A stretch of DNA of 64,000 nucleotides, from contig CAYSXR010000001.1 in assembly GCA_964435035.1 (NCBI GenBank), forward strand, positions 212,622-276,621, written 5' to 3'. Position 1 is the stretch's first letter, and each line of letters begins with the position of its first letter. Source of the stretch: an uncultured Gammaproteobacteria bacterium. Its GTDB lineage: Bacteria; Patescibacteriota; Patescibacteriia; Magasanikbacterales; UBA922. Positions 58,598 to 64,000 of the stretch are shown in pieces. The position numbers and the translations under genes were made by a program. A model generated the notes under the pieces. It did no database searches. It saw only the letters and a program-made list of their open reading frames with translations, and had not been told where the DNA came from.

Positions 58598-60093
58598 TCT
58601 CCGACGAGCTGAAATCGAAGATCCGCCGCCTCTACCATGCCGAGCAGTGGCCGATCGGCACGATCGCGAGGGAGCTCACCCTGCACCACAGCACGGTGCG
58701 GCGCGCGCTGCTCGGCGATGGGGTGCCGCTCGCGTCGCTGCCGACGCGCAAGTCGAAACTCGATCCGTACCTGCCGTTCGTCATCGACGTGCTGGACAAG
58801 TACCCGGAGGTCACGGCGAGCCGGGTCTACGACATGGTGCGGGAGCGCGGCTACACGGGCGCGCGCGACCACTTCCGCGCGCTGGTCGCTCGCCACCGCA
58901 AGCCCAAGGCGGCCGAGGCTTTCCTGCGCCTGTCGACCGTTCGGGGCGAAGAGGCCCAGGTCGACTGGGGCCACTTCGGCCACATCATGATCGGCGGCGC
59001 GCGCCGGCCGCTCGTGGCGTTCGTGATGGTGCTGTCGTGGTCGCGCTGGGCGTGGCTGCGCTTCGGCGCGGACATGCGCATGGGCAGCTTCCTCGAGCAC
59101 CACGAGGCGGCATTTCGGGCCTGGGGCGGCGTGCCGCGCGTGATCCTCTACGACAACCTGAAGTCGGCGGTGACCCAGCGCATCGGCGACGCGATCGTGT
59201 TCAACGCGGACCTGTCGGCGTTCGCGAGCCACTACGGCTATGACGCGCGCCCGGTCGCGCCCTATCGCGGCAACGAGAAGGGGCGGGTGGAGCGGACCAT
59301 TCGTGATGTGCGCACCTCGTTCTTCGCTGCGCGCACCTGGGCCGATCTCGCAGACCTGAACGCGCAGGCCGAGCGATGGTGTCGTGAGGTGCGTGGGCTC
59401 CGCACGCATCCCGACGACCGCACGCTCACGGTGGGTGCCGCGTTCGCCGAGGAGCGGGAGGTGCTTCGCGCGCTCCCCGCCGACGTGTTCCCGGTCGCCG
59501 ACCGCGTCGAGGTGAAGGCCGGCAAGACGCCGTACGTGCGCTTCGACGGCAACGACTACAGCGTCCCGCACGATCGTGTTCGGCGGTCGCTGACCGTCAT
59601 GGCGACGAGCGACACGGTGCGCGTCATGGATGGCCAGGACGTCATCGCCATGCACACGCGCTCGTGGGACAAAGGCGCGCAGATCGAGGACGCAGCGCAC
59701 ATCGCGGCTCTCGTCGAGCGCAAGCGCGAGGCCCGCAACGCGCGTGGGCTCAATCGTGTGTTCGTGGCGGTGCCGGTCGCTCAGGAGTTCGTGCGGCGGC
59801 TCGCCGAGCGCGGCGGCAACATCGGCAATGCCGTCGTTCGCCTGGGGGAGATCCTCGACGCCTTCGGTGCCGAGGAGCTCGCGATGTCCGTCGATGAAGC
59901 GATCGCGATGGACGCGCCGCACATCGCGGCGGTTCGTCAGATCCTCGACCGGCGTCGGCGGGACGTGGGGCTCCCGGCGCCGATCGCCGTGGCCCTGCCC
60001 GATGACCCGCGCATTCGAAACATGGTCGTGCGGCGGCCCTCGCTCGAAGCCTACGATGCGCTGAAGGAACCCACGGAGGACTGTCATGAGTGA
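58594..60093 (+). CDS. istA: IS21 transposase IstA
   Basis: N-terminal HTH, SKLDPY, DDE motifs QVDWG / YDNLK / KGRVER, FDGNDYSVP. Confidence 0.95.
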   Translation: MISDELKSKIRRLYHAEQWPIGTIARELTLHHSTVRRALLGDGVPLASLPTRKSKLDPYLPFVIDVLDKYPEVTASRVYDMVRERGYTGARDHFRALVARHRKPKAAEAFLRLSTVRGEEAQVDWGHFGHIMIGGARRPLVAFVMVLSWSRWAWLRFGADMRMGSFLEHHEAAFRAWGGVPRVILYDNLKSAVTQRIGDAIVFNADLSAFASHYGYDARPVAPYRGNEKGRVERTIRDVRTSFFAARTWADLADLNAQAERWCREVRGLRTHPDDRTLTVGAAFAEEREVLRALPADVFPVADRVEVKAGKTPYVRFDGNDYSVPHDRVRRSLTVMATSDTVRVMDGQDVIAMHTRSWDKGAQIEDAAHIAALVERKREARNARGLNRVFVAVPVAQEFVRRLAERGGNIGNAVVRLGEILDAFGAEELAMSVDEAIAMDAPHIAAVRQILDRRRRDVGLPAPIAVALPDDPRIRNMVVRRPSLEAYDALKEPTEDCHE

Positions 60094-60829
60094 CGAACTC
60101 GAGCGGCGTCTCCGCGCCATAGGCCTCATCGGGCTGGCTGCGAGATGTGACGAAATCTGCAACGAGCCGTGGCTCGAGCGAGTGATCGCCATCGAGACCG
60201 AAGAGCGTCGACGTCGCGGCCTCGATAGCCGCCTCAAGAGCAGCAAGCTCGGACGCTTCAAACCGATGGCCGACTACGACTGGAGCTGGCCGCGCGCCAT
60301 CGATCGTCAGGCCATCGACGAGCTGTTCACGCTGCGCTTCCACGCCGAGGGAGCCAACATCATCCTCGTCGGGCCCAGCGGGGTCGGCAAGACGATGATC
60401 GCCAAGAACCTCGCACATGCCGTCATTCGTGCAGGCAGAACCGCGCGCTTCACGACCGCGAGTGCGATGCTCAACGAGCTCGCCGGCCAAGACAGCCTGA
60501 CGGCGCTATCCCGCGCGTATCGACGCTACACGAGCCCCGCGGCCCTGGTCATCGACGAGCTCGGGTACATCGCCTACGGCAACCGCCATGCAGACGTCCT
60601 CTACGAAGTCGTCGACCGCAGGCACGAGCTCGCGCGCAGCGTCATCGTGACCACCAATCGAGCCTTCAAAGAGTGGGGCGACCTCTTCCCGAACGCCACT
60701 TGCGTCGTACCGCTCGTCGACCGTCTCGTCCACAAGAGCGACATCATCGAGATCGACGGCGACTCTTACCGCCTGAAAGAAGCCCAGGCACGAGCCCGTA
60801 GCCGCAAGGCCGGTCCGACCACGGCGTGA
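60086..60829 (+). CDS. istB: IS21 helper AAA+ ATPase IstB
   Basis: GPSGVGKT, LVIDELGY, TTN, DRLVH, GDSYR. Confidence 0.95.
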   Translation: MSDELERRLRAIGLIGLAARCDEICNEPWLERVIAIETEERRRRGLDSRLKSSKLGRFKPMADYDWSWPRAIDRQAIDELFTLRFHAEGANIILVGPSGVGKTMIAKNLAHAVIRAGRTARFTTASAMLNELAGQDSLTALSRAYRRYTSPAALVIDELGYIAYGNRHADVLYEVVDRRHELARSVIVTTNRAFKEWGDLFPNATCVVPLVDRLVHKSDIIEIDGDSYRLKEAQARARSRKAGPTTA

Positions 60830-60918
60830 GCAACGGGACTGCAGCTCGCCGCCGTCAACAGCGGCGTCGAGCGCTACTCGCCGTTTTCACGCGCTCTTCG
60901 ACCACCGCCTACAACACG

Positions 60919-61080
60919 GACTCGTACTACGACATCGAGCGGGGAACGCGGTTCCCGCGAGCCCGCAACCTCATGTTGCTGCTCCGACTGTTCGGGGTCA
61001 CGCTCGAGCAGGTCTATCCTGACCTTGCTTGGGGAGCGGATCGCGACATCGACGCGCTCCGACATCGCCTTACCCGATGA
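60919..61080 (+). pseudogene. XRE-family HTH regulator, 3' part
   Basis: DSYYDIERGTRFPRARNLMLLLRLFGVTLEQVYP completes the HTH begun at 57574. Confidence 0.85.
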
Positions 61081-61319
61081 CACGTACCCTCAACCCTATG
61101 AAACGAAACCCTACGGGTCGCCTGAAGCACGAGCTGCTGCACTCCATCCTCCGCGATGAGCGCTGGCATTCGACCAGTGAACTTGTCCGCCGCGTCGGCC
61201 ACACCTTCGCCGGCGCCAAGTGGAAGCTCACTGGTTACGGCTACTCGATCGAGAAGCGACGTCACCCGACGAAGCCGCGCCAGTGGCAGTACCGCCTCAC
61301 CGATCAGGCGGCGGGCTAG
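61077..61319 (+). CDS. Small winged-helix-like protein (80 aa)
   Basis: ATGA overlap with the XRE stop; LLHSILRDERWHSTSELVRRVG...L...GYSIEKR...WQYRL. Confidence 0.6.
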   Translation: MTRTLNPMKRNPTGRLKHELLHSILRDERWHSTSELVRRVGHTFAGAKWKLTGYGYSIEKRRHPTKPRQWQYRLTDQAAG

Positions 61320-61865
61320 CGCTCGCCGGCGTCGACGGTGAAATGCGCGGCGCACTCCCAAGTTCCTTCACCGTTCGACTTCACCGCCTCGACCCGGTTC
61401 GCTCTATCCAGCGAACCCCTGCCCCACCCGACGGGCGACAACAATGGCTACAACAACGGGTTAAATGAGCGCGCCCGTCGGGGGCCGTGCCCCCGACTAC
61501 TCGTCGCCACTGCACAACACCTAACCGACCCTGACCAGGCAGAGTCGAGGTGATGGCGCGCGCCGAGTAGTCGGGCGCCCCGTGCCGGGTCACCCCGACG
61601 GGACGCGCGCGGGCTACCCCGACGCTATCGCGATCGGGAACCCGCAACTCCGAACGTCGAACGCGTTGAGCTGACCATCCTGCTGTCACCCTTCATCGCC
61701 TGACATCACCGACCGCCACGACACCTACCGGGTCGGGCCGCGGAACGGCTACCTCGGACTCACGCGTGCGAGGAGGGGAAACGAGGCGAAGACAGCCGAC
61801 ATCGCGGAACATCGCGGCGCGCGTTCTGATGACCATCGTCACCGTGAACGCACGTCGCCAACTCG

Positions 61866-62801
61866 ATGATGGTCATCGCCGACCACGCTCGAGCTTTGTC
61901 AACCGCGCAACGACCCCTACTCATGATCATCCAATCCCGCGACACCCAAATCCTCCGCTCGATCTTCCGGCATCGGTTCCTCACCACCGAGCATCTCCAC
62001 GCACTTCATTTTGTGGACCGCTCTGTTCGGGCGGCGCAGGCCCGCTTGAAGGAGCTCCATGACGACAACTACCTCGACCGGACCTACGTCCTGCCGCCCG
62101 TTGACGGTCTCCGGAGGCGAGTGCGGCCCGTCTACTCAATGGCACGCGCCGGCGCCGAGGTTCTCGCAGCCGTGCTTGGCATTCCGCCCCGTGCGATTCC
62201 GCACACCAAGAAGGCGACGCAGGTCGGCTACCATCACATGTTGCACGAGCTCGTGGTCGCCGACCTGCTCGTCTCCGGTGAGGCGTCACTCGGTCGCGCG
62301 CCAGACGTTCGCTCGGTCGCGACGCTCCGCGATCATGACCTTCGGTCACTGCTGGCCGTCGCGCGCTTACATCAGCATGCTGCCACCGGCGTTGTTCCAG
62401 ACGGTGCGTTCATCGTCGACGCGGTGGGCTTGCCTGCCCCGACCACCATCTACGTCGAGGTCGTGCACGCTGGCGTCAAAGGCGGGAACGCGCGCCTGGT
62501 CGAGAAGCTCGAGCGCTATCTGCAGCTCCTCCGCACGGGGTTCTTCACCTCGGTTTTCAACCACCGGCGTGTCCGCGCGCTCGCGGTCGTCTCGCCATCG
62601 GACGAACGAGTCGAGAACCTCCGCGTGCTCGCAGAGCGCAGACTCCGTCACGGTCGAAGGTTCGTGTGGTTCGCGGTAGCGCCCAGACATTCAGCGCGCA
62701 CATACCCGCCCACGACCTTCACCGTCGAGAGTCTCGCCCAAACCGAGTTCGTCGACATCGAGGGCACACGCCATCACCTCGACGTCAACGCACTTCGCTA
62801 A
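61866..62801 (+). CDS. Replication-relaxation family protein (putative relaxase/initiator)
   Basis: RD..IL..I.RHRFLTTEHL..L.F, RL..L...YL.R, HEL, PDG, YVEV. Start may be 61923. Confidence 0.8.
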   Translation: MMVIADHARALSTAQRPLLMIIQSRDTQILRSIFRHRFLTTEHLHALHFVDRSVRAAQARLKELHDDNYLDRTYVLPPVDGLRRRVRPVYSMARAGAEVLAAVLGIPPRAIPHTKKATQVGYHHMLHELVVADLLVSGEASLGRAPDVRSVATLRDHDLRSLLAVARLHQHAATGVVPDGAFIVDAVGLPAPTTIYVEVVHAGVKGGNARLVEKLERYLQLLRTGFFTSVFNHRRVRALAVVSPSDERVENLRVLAERRLRHGRRFVWFAVAPRHSARTYPPTTFTVESLAQTEFVDIEGTRHHLDVNALR

Positions 62802-62821
62802 TTAGTCATAATCTCTATCGA

Positions 62822-64000
62822 ATGTATGCCCATCACCGTCAACATCCAAATCAGCGATCATCGAGAAGACAAGCTCCACGTTCGGCCAGCTTGGCCGCCT
62901 ACGACGCTTCCGGTCGCGCCCTTATCATTCTCGGCGAGGCCCTCTACCGGCGGACCGCGACGCGCTTTGGGTTACTCCCCGAGGACCGACTGCGCCATGC
63001 CTGGATCGTTGGGAAAACCGGGACCGGGAAGTCGACCCTGGTTCGCTCGATGGTGGCGCAAGACCTTCAAAGCGACGTGGGGCTTGCGATTATTGACCCC
63101 CACGGGTCGCTCGCTGCCGAGGTCGACGAGCTCGCGACGGCGTCCAGGCGTGAACGCATCATCCGCATCTCACCTGGCATCGCGGAGAAGACACCACCCT
63201 TCAACGTGTTCCGACGAGGCACGCAACCTGTGACCGAGTCTGGGCTTCTCGCCTCAGAGCTGATCTCGGTGTTCAAGCACCGGTGGGCCGACTCGTGGGG
63301 CCCGCGCCTCGAACACTACCTCAGGTTCGGTATCCTCGCAGTCGCCGCGCATCCGCGCGCAAGCCTGGGTATGCTTCATCGCTTCTATCTCGACGACGAC
63401 GTTCGAGCTCGCGTCGTCGACCACGTCCGTGACCCGTACGTGCGGGACGTCTGGACCCGCGAGTTTGCCGCCCTTCCACCGCGTCTCCGAGCCGAAGCCC
63501 TTGCCCCGATCATGAACAAACTTGGCAGCTTGGTTGCGCATCCGATTGCCGGACCGATGCTCCGCGGAGAACGTTCACGGCTCGATTTCGACCACTACCT
63601 TGAGAAGCGGGTCGTCCTCATCGTCGACCTCGCCGTCGGCCGTCTCGGCGAGGACATGGCGGCGATGATCGGTTCCCTCATACTGTCGTCTCTCTACCTC
63701 GCCTCCATGCGCCGCGGCAGAAGCTCGCCACCGTTCTTCTGTTACCTCGACGAGTTCCAGCACTTTGTGTCGGGCTCGATCCCGACGGTCCTCTCTGAAT
63801 CCCGCAAGTACGGCTTTGGTCTGGTGCTTTCGCACCAGTACCTGGGGCAGCTCGGAGAAAGTATCCGCGAGGCCGTGCTCGGGAACGTCGGAAGCCGAAT
63901 GTACTTCAGGGTGGGAGCCGAGGATGCCCGTGTGCTCGGGCCAACTGTTGAGCCAATCTACACGGCCGCCGACCTCATGACGCTTCCCGCGTACCACGCG
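62822..64000 (+). CDS. VirD4/TraD-like type IV coupling ATPase (3' truncated by window)
   Basis: Frame from ATG 62822, absent from the ORF track because it does not close: DRLRHAWIVGKTGTGKST, IIDPHG, YLDEFQHF, SESRKYG...SHQYLGQL, GNVGS...FRVG.EDA. Confidence 0.88.
   Translation, partial: MYAHHRQHPNQRSSRRQAPRSASLAAYDASGRALIILGEALYRRTATRFGLLPEDRLRHAWIVGKTGTGKSTLVRSMVAQDLQSDVGLAIIDPHGSLAAEVDELATASRRERIIRISPGIAEKTPPFNVFRRGTQPVTESGLLASELISVFKHRWADSWGPRLEHYLRFGILAVAAHPRASLGMLHRFYLDDDVRARVVDHVRDPYVRDVWTREFAALPPRLRAEALAPIMNKLGSLVAHPIAGPMLRGERSRLDFDHYLEKRVVLIVDLAVGRLGEDMAAMIGSLILSSLYLASMRRGRSSPPFFCYLDEFQHFVSGSIPTVLSESRKYGFGLVLSHQYLGQLGESIREAVLGNVGSRMYFRVGAEDARVLGPTVEPIYTAADLMTLPAYHA

Larger units (their letters stand above)
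57706..60913 (+). mobile_element. Complete IS21-family insertion sequence (3208 bp)
   Basis: TGT...ACA ends. Left end and reverse complement of right end align without gaps over ~70 nt (shared ACGGCGAGTAGCGC, ACGCCG, CGGCGAG). ACACG is duplicated at 57701-57705 and 60914-60918. Confidence 0.93.
55623..64000. mobile_element. GC-rich integrative, probably mobilizable element inserted at tRNA-Glu (continues beyond the window)
   Basis: Sharp GC shift at the tRNA; large serine recombinase, XRE, replication-relaxation and coupling-protein genes. Exact left junction uncertain. Confidence 0.85.

Noticed and set aside
58504-60261. 585-aa minus-strand ORF (also 56155-57078 and 59750-60490)
   Set aside because: GC-rich antisense shadows of istA, the recombinase and istB.
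60826-61080. 84-aa ORF as an independent native gene
   Set aside because: Chimera of the IS right end and the 3' half of the interrupted XRE gene.
61610-61619. CGGGCTACCC matching the tRNA 3' end as the second att site
   Set aside because: Only 10 bp in GC-rich DNA, and element genes and composition continue beyond it.
61662-61705. Alternative IS21 right end (..CTGACA matching the left TGTCAG)
   Set aside because: Weak alignment and no target duplication; the end at 60913 aligns much better and is flanked by ACACG.
62826-63233. 135-aa ORF from the track
   Set aside because: Wrong frame; the frame starting at 62822 carries the Walker A/B motifs and runs off the window.

Overview
AT-rich bacterial chromosome segment whose gene families and mostly Shine-Dalgarno-free starts suggest Patescibacteria/CPR (inference). 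It opens with a partial ECF sigma factor, a putative anti-sigma/surface protein, a hairpin-rich 377-nt intergenic region and a 1208-aa S-layer-like protein. Immediately downstream are a WaaL/O-oligosaccharyltransferase-like TPR protein and a ~45-kb surface-glycan region (5.8-50.8 kb). That region encodes CDP-3,6-dideoxyhexose enzymes, a split transketolase, many GT2/GT4/GT-C transferases, methyltransferases, Wzx, AsnB, Ugd/Uxs and an initiating sugar-phosphate transferase. A 1.5-kb GC-rich HAD+Nudix cassette is embedded in it. Next come pilT, an FtsI-like PBP and tRNA-Glu(CTC). From the tRNA 3' end to the window end lies a GC-rich integrated element: a large serine recombinase whose stop codon is inside the tRNA, an XRE gene split by a complete IS21 (57706-60913, ACACG target duplication, two overlapping accessory ORFs), a winged-helix ORF, a hairpin-rich putative origin, a replication-relaxation protein and a truncated VirD4/TraD-like ATPase. 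All family calls come from motif recognition by eye; no searches were run.
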